UHGV virus genome: UHGV-0122002
DNA: 64,000 nt
From: a virus
Direction: 5' to 3' (one strand)
Numbering within the stretch: the stretch's first letter is position 1; each line of letters opens with the position of its first letter. A program made the position numbers and the translations under genes. The notes below the pieces were generated by a model. The model made no database searches, was not told the DNA's origin, and saw nothing but the letters and a program-made list of their open reading frames with translations. Positions 1-7,937 of the stretch are shown in pieces.

Positions 1-417
1 TGGCCATCAGCCACACCTCCAACGGGGTGGCTGAAATGCAATGGTGCAGCATTTTCTTCTGAAAAGTACCCAAATCTGGCAAAGGTTTACCCAACGTTAA
101 AATTACCTGATTTACGCGGTGAGTTTATCCGTGGTTGGGATGATGGGCGAGGTGTGGATGCGGGAAGGGTCATCTTAAGCATACAGGGGTGGTTAACAGG
201 AAGTCATTATCATAATATTCGGTCATGGGACGCGTGGGATAACACGGTATTGGTGCCAAATGACAGAGGGGGGGATAGTCTGTTGTCGACAGATAACGCC
301 GTCCAAGAAGGAGCGATTAATGGTAAATTTACCAGTCAATACAGAACGGAGTTATCTGGGGGGAATGAAACCCGCCCACGTAACATTGCCTTCAATTATA
401 TTGTGAGAGCAGCATAA
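1..417 (+). CDS. Tail fibre protein, C-terminal variable cassette (partial; 5' end upstream of window)
   Basis: Frame open from base 1 to TAA at 415-417; ends ETRPRNIAFNYIVRAA, the conserved C-terminus of P1/Mu-type fibres; tfa gene follows with ATG overlapping the stop. Confidence 0.8.
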   Translation, partial: WPSATPPTGWLKCNGAAFSSEKYPNLAKVYPTLKLPDLRGEFIRGWDDGRGVDAGRVILSIQGWLTGSHYHNIRSWDAWDNTVLVPNDRGGDSLLSTDNAVQEGAINGKFTSQYRTELSGGNETRPRNIAFNYIVRAA

Positions 418-1028
418 TGGATAATGCGATATTAAATAGCGAACTTATAGCCATACAGGCAGGAAACATTATCGTTTATAACTATGATGGTGGTAATCGG
501 GAATATATTTCTGCATCAACTGAATATCTTGCTGTTGGCGTTGGTATTCCGGCACATTCTTGTTTGGATGCTCCAGGCTCACATAAAGCAGGTTATGCGA
601 TTCTCCGTTCAGAGGATTTAAGTTCATGGGAGTATGTGCCAGATCATCGTGGCGAAACTGTCTATAGCATTGACACTGGGAATCCCGAAGAAATCACGGT
701 GTTGGGTGACTATCCGGAAAATACAACCACTATCGCCCCGCTAACACCATACGACAAATGGGATGGAGAGAAATGGGTGGTTGATACTGAGGCTCAACAT
801 AGTGCAGCTGTAGAGGCAGCAGAAACAAAACGTCAGTCATTGATTGATACTGCGATGGATTCCATTAGTCTGATTCAGTTGAAATTACGGGCTGGACGGA
901 AGTTGACGCAGGCAGAAACCACGCAGCTTAACTCCGTGCTAGATTATATAGACGAGCTGAACGCGATGGATTTAACCACGGCACCAGATCTCAACTGGCC
1001 TGAAAAACAACTTTCTACAGCCAGTTGA
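417..1028 (+). CDS. Tail fibre assembly chaperone (Tfa/U family)
   Basis: 203 aa; C-terminal LDYIDELNAMDLTTAPDLNWPEKQ resembles the conserved Tfa C-terminal domain; start overlaps fibre stop (TAATG). Confidence 0.8.
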   Translation: MDNAILNSELIAIQAGNIIVYNYDGGNREYISASTEYLAVGVGIPAHSCLDAPGSHKAGYAILRSEDLSSWEYVPDHRGETVYSIDTGNPEEITVLGDYPENTTTIAPLTPYDKWDGEKWVVDTEAQHSAAVEAAETKRQSLIDTAMDSISLIQLKLRAGRKLTQAETTQLNSVLDYIDELNAMDLTTAPDLNWPEKQLSTAS

Positions 1029-1033
1029 TATAA

Positions 1034-1531
1034 TTAATCCGCCCTCACAATATAATTAAATGCAATATTACGAGGGCGGGTTTCTAAGCCAGCAGTACCT
1101 AAATTAGCTACGGACTGTTTATATGTTTTAAAAGTTCCATAATTAGGGGCTGGCAATCCTGCATCGCTTGTGTTCCCCCATCTGATAACTCCCGTATTAC
1201 CACTAGTAGCCCATGCCTCGTCAAAGTAGAAATTAATTGAGCTGTCAGTTGCTACGGTTGATTTTGACGGTAATCCGTGAGCATGATCCTCCGTTGCATA
1301 TCCTTGCTCGCTTAAAATAGAGCGACCTGGATCAATCCCGCGCCCGTCATCCCAGCCACGAATGAACTCACCACGTAAATCAGGCAATTTATTTGTCGGG
1401 TAAGCCTTTGCCAGTTCCGGGTATTCTTCAGCAGAAAAAGCCGCACCGTTGCATTTCAGCCAGCCTGTTGGCGGAGTGGCTGAAGGCCACGGAACAGGGA
1501 CACCAACAGGTAATGCAGAGCCTTCTCCCAA
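1034..1531 (-). CDS. Alternative tail-fibre C-terminal cassette (Sv'-like), promoterless and currently in the unexpressed orientation
   Basis: No ATG start (first codon is TTG inside the crossover site); shares the N-proximal block WPSATPPTGWLKCNGAAF and C-terminal RPRNIAFNYIVRA with the + strand cassette but has a divergent middle. Confidence 0.7.
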   Translation of the reverse strand: MGEGSALPVGVPVPWPSATPPTGWLKCNGAAFSAEEYPELAKAYPTNKLPDLRGEFIRGWDDGRGIDPGRSILSEQGYATEDHAHGLPSKSTVATDSSINFYFDEAWATSGNTGVIRWGNTSDAGLPAPNYGTFKTYKQSVANLGTAGLETRPRNIAFNYIVRAD

Positions 1532-1548
1532 ACCAACGTTTTAGTCTT
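1523..1548. promoter_or_regulatory. Putative cix/gix/hix-type invertase crossover site (right end of invertible segment)
   Basis: TTCTCCCAAACC AA CGTTTTAGTCTT: 26 bp with an AAACC half-site like hix/gix sites, at the junction of the Sv' cassette, about 55 bp upstream of cin. Left partner must lie upstream of the window. Confidence 0.45.
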
Positions 1549-1602
1549 AATCCCTACCTATACCAACGATGTATTTTTAACTAAACAAAGAGGTTGTTTT
1601 TC

Positions 1603-2175
1603 ATGCAAATTGGCTACATTCGTGTGTCAACAAATGACCAAAACACAGATTTACAAAGAAATGCACTGAACTGCGCAGGATGTGAACTGATTTTTGAAGA
1701 TAAAATAAGCGGAACAAAGTCAGCCAGACCAGGCTTGAAAAAGCTGCTCAGAACGTTATCAGAAGGAGATACGCTGGTTGTCTGGAAGCTGGATAGGCTT
1801 GGCAGAAGTATGAAACACCTTATCACGCTTATAGAGGAGTTGCGGGAAAAAGGTGTTAATTTCCGTAGTCTGACAGACAGTATTGACACATCAACACCCA
1901 TGGGGCGTTTCTTTTTTCACGTCATGGGGGCTTTAGCAGAAATGGAACGTGAATTAATTGTTGAGAGAACACTGGCCGGACTGGCAGCTGCACGCGAACA
2001 GGGACGCATTGGCGGACGTCGCCCGAAGTTGACAAAAGAACAACATGAGCAAATAGCGAGGTTGATCGAAAATGGCTACAGCAGGAAACAGTTGGCAATT
2101 ATTTACGATATCGGTGTATCGACGATTTATCGTTATCATCCTGTAGAGAAGCGCCAAACTCAATCTGAGCTGTAA
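1603..2175 (+). CDS. cin: Serine DNA invertase, Cin/Gin/Hin/Pin family
   Basis: MQIGYIRVSTNDQNTDLQRNAL... with catalytic Ser in the RVST motif and a C-terminal helix-turn-helix; RBS AAAGAGG upstream; the track start at 1594 is TTG, the ATG is at 1603. Confidence 0.9.
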   Translation: MQIGYIRVSTNDQNTDLQRNALNCAGCELIFEDKISGTKSARPGLKKLLRTLSEGDTLVVWKLDRLGRSMKHLITLIEELREKGVNFRSLTDSIDTSTPMGRFFFHVMGALAEMERELIVERTLAGLAAAREQGRIGGRRPKLTKEQHEQIARLIENGYSRKQLAIIYDIGVSTIYRYHPVEKRQTQSEL

Positions 2176-2610
2176 TTCTAATGCCGCGTCGGTGTAATTT
2201 ATCTTGATAGAATAGGTACATTTATCGCGCGGCACATCAATTCGATGTATCTAGCGCCTGCTGACCGCTAATGAAAACTGTCCTCGAAATGTTGTCCCTA
2301 GCCCGAGACTAGGGTATCACCTCTGGAAAGCATACGCAGAACCTTTTTTAACCCAGGGTGCCCAGCCTTTTTGCTGCTCGCCTTATTCGCAAAAATTAGC
2401 TCACATCCTGCGCTTTCAAGTGCTTTTCACTGCATAGCTGTGTTTTGTTCATTTGTCTATATGCGTACATAGCCTATTAGCATATTTTCTGCCCACTATC
2501 GTTATTTATTGCATGCTACTGGTTTTAATTAACAAAACCAGTGTGTGTGGAAATCACAAAGTGCATACCGTTCTCAGATGTTGTTCAACTTACTGTTGTA
2601 TAGGTAAAAA

Positions 2611-2874
2611 ATGACATTTTATGTACATATCGTGATGTTATCCCTTCTTGGTGGGGTGTATTCGTATTTGAGTGGGCTATGTGAAAACCGTTACGAGTCT
2701 TCATGCAAGAAATTGCTGGCCGAATGTATTTCCGCCGTACTTGCTGGCTTTATTGGCATGTATCTCGCGGAATATAAGGATATGAATGAAAGCCTTCAGA
2801 GCTGCATGGTTCTTATTTTCAGCGCCAATAGCAGGCTTATTATTGAAGGTTCCAAAAGTCGGTTGAATAGGTAA
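2611..2874 (+). CDS. Small hydrophobic protein, function unknown
   Basis: 87-aa ORF with ATG start and hydrophobic N-terminal half; weak RBS. Confidence 0.35.
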   Translation: MTFYVHIVMLSLLGGVYSYLSGLCENRYESSCKKLLAECISAVLAGFIGMYLAEYKDMNESLQSCMVLIFSANSRLIIEGSKSRLNR

Positions 2875-2948
2875 GTCTCTTATGCAACATAACCGGTTGA
2901 GAAGTTACTTTGCATACCATTACCTCCTGACAACGTAGGAGGGAACTT

Positions 2949-3278
2949 GTGCTTGACACACAGGAATTAGCTCCAGTTGCTATTGCGCTCCTGCTTTCAG
3001 TAATTGGTGGGATAGGCACGTTCCTGATGGATGTCCGAGACGGTCGCCAGTCTGGCAATTTGTTGGGATTGGTTACGGAGATCTTTGTTGCAGTGACAGC
3101 TGGCGCGGTGGCGTACCTATTGGGGCAACACGAGGGCTGGGAGTTATCAATTACGTACTTAATGGTAACGATAGCCAGCAATAACGGTCATGAGGTGATT
3201 TCAGGGATGAAACGAGTGAATATCGATAGCATTCTGAATGTTCTTACAAGTTTGGTGAAAAAGGGAGGCGGGAAATGA
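2949..3278 (+). CDS. Putative holin (P1 LydA-like by position and topology)
   Basis: 109 aa, GTG start 6 nt after AGGAGG; two or three predicted transmembrane helices; first gene of the operon leading into hdf-darA. Confidence 0.5.
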   Translation: MLDTQELAPVAIALLLSVIGGIGTFLMDVRDGRQSGNLLGLVTEIFVAVTAGAVAYLLGQHEGWELSITYLMVTIASNNGHEVISGMKRVNIDSILNVLTSLVKKGGGK

Positions 3279-3718
3279 TTGGCTGGGGTGTATGCGTTCT
3301 TGCGTTAGCCTTAGCCGATCGCTATTTGCTAAAACGCAAGGACATCACGCATTTAGAACTTGGTGATGTGGAAATTAAACCGGGTTTCATCCGGGTGCCG
3401 TTCAAATACCGGTCTAAATTCCCGTTTTTGCGCGGCGCAACGGTCAGATATTGGATCCGCGATGTTCAGAAGCCGACGACAGTGATTGAAGGCGAACAAC
3501 GTTGTTTGACGTCGGCTGAACAGGGCGAAAACAGTGAATGGTTGTACATACCCACTGAATATATGGGTAAAGGAGAGCGACTGTGGCATTTCAACGTCAT
3601 GGTTACGCATGGCGACTCGTTCATTAACCCGTTGTATCGGATTTTCCCTGTTACTCAGCAAATCCGCAGAAGTTACGTAATAAATCTCGCACAGGATGTG
3701 TCAGATGACGAAAAATAA
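3275..3718 (+). CDS. Lysis regulator candidate (P1 LydB-like by position)
   Basis: 147 aa, start overlaps previous stop; RBS GGGAGG; no catalytic motifs recognised. Confidence 0.4.
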   Translation: MIGWGVCVLALALADRYLLKRKDITHLELGDVEIKPGFIRVPFKYRSKFPFLRGATVRYWIRDVQKPTTVIEGEQRCLTSAEQGENSEWLYIPTEYMGKGERLWHFNVMVTHGDSFINPLYRIFPVTQQIRRSYVINLAQDVSDDEK

Positions 3719-4307
3719 GTATGCAACGGTCGATTTTGACCAGGTTAATGAAAAGGGGCTGAAATCCCTTATCGCGGCGATCAATAAAACCGGTGTTACG
3801 GTAATTGAGGTTGACTCCAGCAACCGCGCAACAACGAAAGATGGCGTTAAAGTTAAAACCGCAAAGCTGGTTCTTAACGACGGACAAATTCTTGCCATAC
3901 AGGTAAACGATACTGGCGATATATCGTCTGTGAGGCTGAATGGAAAAGCTATTCCTAACGCTCAATCGCCGGATATCAAGACGCTTGGTACCGTCATGGG
4001 GCAAGCGGCCCGCAAAAACTCCGCAAAATTCCAGAAATCACTGATCGCCAAAGCGAAGCGTGTTGCCAATCCGGTAGACAAGAAACCGGCAGTAAAATCC
4101 AACTTTCAGCGCCTGCAAGAGGCAAAACAGCGGAATGCTCAGGTGGTTGCCGCTTATAAATCAGCGCAGAACTCGGTGTCTTTCAATCAACAGCAGATCA
4201 CTGATTTGCGGGCGAAGCTGGATAAGGAGACAGGCCGACTCAATAACGAAAAGGCCCGAAATGGCGAACTCAAACGCCGTCTTAAGCAACTGAAAGCAGG
4301 AAATTAA
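3705..4307 (+). CDS. hdf: Hdf-like protein (shares a KNSAKFQ segment with DarA)
   Basis: 200 aa from the ATG at 3705 (RBS AGGA 8 nt upstream); contains GQAARKNSAKFQKSLIAKAK resembling the DarA segment LAEKNSAKFQRAQKKKK; immediately upstream of darA. Confidence 0.6.
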   Translation: MTKNKYATVDFDQVNEKGLKSLIAAINKTGVTVIEVDSSNRATTKDGVKVKTAKLVLNDGQILAIQVNDTGDISSVRLNGKAIPNAQSPDIKTLGTVMGQAARKNSAKFQKSLIAKAKRVANPVDKKPAVKSNFQRLQEAKQRNAQVVAAYKSAQNSVSFNQQQITDLRAKLDKETGRLNNEKARNGELKRRLKQLKAGN

Positions 4308-4308
4308 C

Positions 4309-6228
4309 ATGGAACAGTTCAATATCAATAAAGGGGTGACGATCAAGCCTGGGCTTGACGTGCTTCCCCCGCCAGTGACTGATGATGAATATCGCGCATT
4401 AATGGCCGGTGAGGACCGCTATCTGATGACGGAATCCAACACCCTGGAGGAAATCGAGGCTACGTTCTTCTATGACACGCCGATCCACTGGTGTGCTACG
4501 GATTTACTGGAGGCGATTAGTTCTACTCGTTTGCAGTTACACCGGACCATGCAGGCATTTGTCCGGGCATTGAACCAGAAGCTGAATGGTACCGGAATCT
4601 CTGCGGGGAGTGATAAAACGGGGGATGTGGCCCAGAGCGGCGCGCGCGCGATCGGCGGTGCTGAAATTGGCCGGGCACGTAACGTTAACGGGCTGCCGGT
4701 CCTGCCAGCCATTATTCCGCTCAGTGATGGTCAGACTATCAGCATTCTGTTTCATAGCCCGACAGCGGAAAACCGGATCACCAATAGCGATACGCTGATT
4801 GCTTTCCAGTTCTTACTGAATAAAAAAGACGTTACTCATACCGTTGCTCCGATGAGTGGACGTGATATGACGCTGGCGCAGGTCACCATGAAACTTGCCA
4901 ACCTTGCAGAGAAAAACTCGGCAAAATTCCAGCGTGCGCAGAAGAAGAAAAAAGCCCTGGTTGATGAAATAACCCAACTACAGGCTGACAGTGACCAGAA
5001 AGAGGATGCCATGAGCGACCTCGCGGATCAGGTGACAGCGGTAGAAGGGCAGAAGGTAGATCTGGAGCAGAAAATTAACGCTGTTGCATCGGAAGCGGAT
5101 TCTCTTTATGAAGAGAATGAGCGTTTGCAGACGGAGATTGATCAGCTCAATCGCACAGGTGGGCGCGATACCATTGATCCAGCGGGGATGACTGGTGGGC
5201 ACTCGCGCGCGCTGACGGATCGCCTTGCCAGTATCAAAAATCGTATGCATATGAACGGGGAAGTGACGCTCAGTAATGGAGCATCAATGAAGCAATTCAT
5301 TGAGGACGGCGAAGGGTATATCCAGTTAACCGATTCGGATGGCAGCGTGTACATGATCAAGGCTAAATCCATACAGGGTGTGGACATGGCAGATGCGATC
5401 GGCAAGCTGTTTAAAGCCTATAAAGCGGGTAATGTATCGGAATATCTGGTCCAACCAGAAGAACATAAACCGGAAAACGTCGAACCTGAACCAGCGGAGG
5501 ATACCGGTAGCTCTTCGCCTGAACCAGAAGTCTCTGTAGGTGCATATCGATATGCCTTGCAAATGCGTCCGGCGGCCCCTGGCGCAATACCTGAAGGTAA
5601 CAAAGCAATTCTGCCGCGCCCTGATGAAGGTGACCCGTATTATGAATATGCACGCTACGGCATTGCTACTTACGATACCCCGCTTTCTGATCAGCAAATG
5701 AGTGAGTACGACCTGAAGTTATTGCCTCGCGAGGATTCTTTCGACTTCCTGGCGAAGACACTTACTAATGGTCCGTTTGGCAAATATGCACAAAAAGCTC
5801 TGGATCTGGCCACCAGCTCACCAGACGAGTTCCGCGTAATGCTGAAAACTCAGTTTCAAAAAACTTTCCCCAATATTGCGTTTCCGGGGGGCGCTGGCAC
5901 CGAGAAAATGGTGCAGAGCATGATCAATGCATTGCAGGCCGAAGTCGGTGAGATTACTCAGCCAGAACCTGCCCCGGCACAGCCTGATGAAACGGTTAGC
6001 GAAGCAGATGCAGAGGCTAATAAAGCCATTGAATATCTCAATAACGTGATGGATATGCAAAGCACTGACATGGCGGAGATCCGTAACGCCCGGGGTAATG
6101 TCCGGGAAGCGATTGCAGCCCTTCAGGCTGCCGGGCGTTTTGAGGAAAACGAAGAGCTGGTTAATGGCGCTGCTCGCCACCTGGCTGATCTGCTGGTAGC
6201 AATCCAGAAAGCGGGGGTAGCGGCATGA
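4309..6228 (+). CDS. darA: DarA-like capsid internal anti-restriction protein
   Basis: 639 aa (the size of P1 DarA), in the hdf-darA-ddrA-ddrB order, coiled-coil centre; assignment by size and synteny recalled from memory. Confidence 0.7.
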   Translation: MEQFNINKGVTIKPGLDVLPPPVTDDEYRALMAGEDRYLMTESNTLEEIEATFFYDTPIHWCATDLLEAISSTRLQLHRTMQAFVRALNQKLNGTGISAGSDKTGDVAQSGARAIGGAEIGRARNVNGLPVLPAIIPLSDGQTISILFHSPTAENRITNSDTLIAFQFLLNKKDVTHTVAPMSGRDMTLAQVTMKLANLAEKNSAKFQRAQKKKKALVDEITQLQADSDQKEDAMSDLADQVTAVEGQKVDLEQKINAVASEADSLYEENERLQTEIDQLNRTGGRDTIDPAGMTGGHSRALTDRLASIKNRMHMNGEVTLSNGASMKQFIEDGEGYIQLTDSDGSVYMIKAKSIQGVDMADAIGKLFKAYKAGNVSEYLVQPEEHKPENVEPEPAEDTGSSSPEPEVSVGAYRYALQMRPAAPGAIPEGNKAILPRPDEGDPYYEYARYGIATYDTPLSDQQMSEYDLKLLPREDSFDFLAKTLTNGPFGKYAQKALDLATSSPDEFRVMLKTQFQKTFPNIAFPGGAGTEKMVQSMINALQAEVGEITQPEPAPAQPDETVSEADAEANKAIEYLNNVMDMQSTDMAEIRNARGNVREAIAALQAAGRFEENEELVNGAARHLADLLVAIQKAGVAA

Positions 6229-6590
6229 CACTATCAGCTATTGAGTTAATGGATCTCAGCGATAAGTTGGATGCTCTGATGTCCAAAGCGGCTATCGCGA
6301 GTGGTATGGAGTTGCTGGATATCAGCGATGAAATTGACCAGATCATGCAACAGATGGGGTACGGCGCGTCCGGCGGTGGTAGTGGCGAGGAAAAACAACC
6401 TTCGGAACATGATGGTGTGCCAAAACTGGTTGCTGATTTCCTGGCTGATAAATTCGTCGATCAGAGCACTGATGCATTTATCGGTACGTTACAGGACTTG
6501 AGTCAATATGTTGGCACATACATCGACCTGGACCAGGTTAAACAGCACACGGCGGCATGGATAGCCGCCAACATTAAAGAGGCAGCGTGA
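6225..6590 (+). CDS. DdrA-like small protein of the dar operon
   Basis: 121 aa, start overlaps darA stop; by position only. Confidence 0.5.
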   Translation: MTLSAIELMDLSDKLDALMSKAAIASGMELLDISDEIDQIMQQMGYGASGGGSGEEKQPSEHDGVPKLVADFLADKFVDQSTDAFIGTLQDLSQYVGTYIDLDQVKQHTAAWIAANIKEAA

Positions 6591-7937
6591 CATCCTCCAC
6601 GCCCCGAAGGGCGTGGATTCCTGCTACGTTCAGGCTGTCGCCTGAATCATTTCGGTGGGTTCCTGCTTCAACGGGCGGCCTGACTGCACCATCCCTCCAC
6701 AGGCAAGAACGGCGTGCCCCGCCGCTAAAATGTTACGAGCGCCGTTTACATCGGCGTTCGCTGTATATCCACATACCTGGCATCTGAATTTACTTTGTGA
6801 CAGGCGATTTTCTTTCGCTGTATGACCACAGCACGCGCAACGCTGGCTTGTGTACGCTGGCGGAACAGCAAGCACCTGACCGCCACGCCAGAGCTGCTTG
6901 TACTCAAGCTGGCGGCGCATTTCATACCAGCCCTGATCCAGTATCGAACGGTTTAAACCTGATTTTGCCCGGACATTGCGCCCCGGCTGGCTGACCGTAC
7001 CCGCTGCTGACTTTGACATGTTGCTGACCTTCAAATCCTCAATGACTATCATTGCGTGGTTTTTGCTGACGGTCGTTGTGACTTTGTGAAGGTAGTCCCT
7101 GCGGATATTTGCGATACGGGAATGCAGTCGCTGTATTTTGCGTTTCTGCTTCTGCCAGTTGTTGCTGAATTTGACCTTGCGGCTTAACTGTCGCTGAAGT
7201 CTCGCCAGCTTCTTCTGGTTTTTCTGAAAACTGTTTACAGGTTCAAAGACTGTGCCATCTGACAGCGTGGCGAGTTTAGCCACGCCAGCATCCAGTCCGA
7301 CCATTGATGCTGAAGGGTGAACCGGAGTTGATACTTCATTTTCAGTCTGAATACTGATGTACCACTTACCGCAGGACTGGCTGACAGTGACATTTTTCAC
7401 AACACCCGTGACCTGACGGCTATTCCGGTAGCGCATCCAGCCAAGTTTCGGCAGAAAAATACGGCTGTTTTCCTGATCGAGCTTAACGCCCTGCGGGTAG
7501 CGGAATGCATCATTCTGTCCCCGCTTTTTGAATCGGGGAAAAGCAGCCCGCTTCTGGAAGAAGTTTTTGTAAGCCCGCTCAAGGTCTTTCAGTGACTGTT
7601 GCAATGGCTGTGAGGGAGAATCTTTAAGCCATTCGGTTTCAGTGTCTTTTTTCCACTCAACCAACCAGGAAGCCATTTTCGTGTAAGGGATGTATTTTTT
7701 ACCGGCCTCATGATTCTCATTCTGAAGCGCCAGAGCACGGTTGAAAACGAAACGACAAGCTCCGGCAAAGCGCCTCATTTGACGCTCCTGTTGACCATCT
7801 GGTTTTAACCGGAATTTGAATGACACCTGTTGTTTCATGTCACTATTTTAAGCAAAAATAGCCGGGAGGAAAACTGTGCCTTATATCCCCACTATGAGGA
7901 GCGTAGGGGGCGGCACATTGGATAAGGCGTAACAGGG
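6591..7937 (-). mobile_element. IS200/IS605-family insertion sequence carrying only tnpB (IS1341-like), boundaries approximate
   Basis: About 1.35 kb separating ddrA from ddrB; contains intact tnpB; perfect hairpin TCCACGCCC-CGAA-GGGCGTGGA at 6596-6617 at the tnpB-3' end. Confidence 0.65.
6630..7838 (-). CDS. tnpB: TnpB (OrfB) RNA-guided endonuclease-type transposase accessory protein
   Basis: 402 aa; N-terminal OrfB helix-turn-helix region, RuvC-like motifs, C-terminal zinc finger CACCGH...[18 protein letters not shown]. Confidence 0.9.
   Translation of the reverse strand: MKQQVSFKFRLKPDGQQERQMRRFAGACRFVFNRALALQNENHEAGKKYIPYTKMASWLVEWKKDTETEWLKDSPSQPLQQSLKDLERAYKNFFQKRAAFPRFKKRGQNDAFRYPQGVKLDQENSRIFLPKLGWMRYRNSRQVTGVVKNVTVSQSCGKWYISIQTENEVSTPVHPSASMVGLDAGVAKLATLSDGTVFEPVNSFQKNQKKLARLQRQLSRKVKFSNNWQKQKRKIQRLHSRIANIRRDYLHKVTTTVSKNHAMIVIEDLKVSNMSKSAAGTVSQPGRNVRAKSGLNRSILDQGWYEMRRQLEYKQLWRGGQVLAVPPAYTSQRCACCGHTAKENRLSQSKFRCQVCGYTANADVNGARNILAAGHAVLACGGMVQSGRPLKQEPTEMIQATA

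Noticed and set aside
1039-1079. Inverted repeat CCGCCCTC ... GAGGGCGG between the converging tail-fibre genes, considered as a terminator
   Set aside because: It lies inside the minus-strand cassette coding sequence (encodes the conserved C-terminus RPRNIAFNYIVRAD) and has no following T-tract.
1594-1602. Upstream start MFFMQ for cin given by the ORF track
   Set aside because: The first codon is TTG; the conserved invertase N-terminus begins at the ATG at 1603, which has a proper ribosome-binding site.
6587-6787. 66-aa + strand ORF starting at the ddrA stop
   Set aside because: Overlaps the tnpB 3' end and the terminal hairpin of the insertion sequence; no ribosome-binding site.
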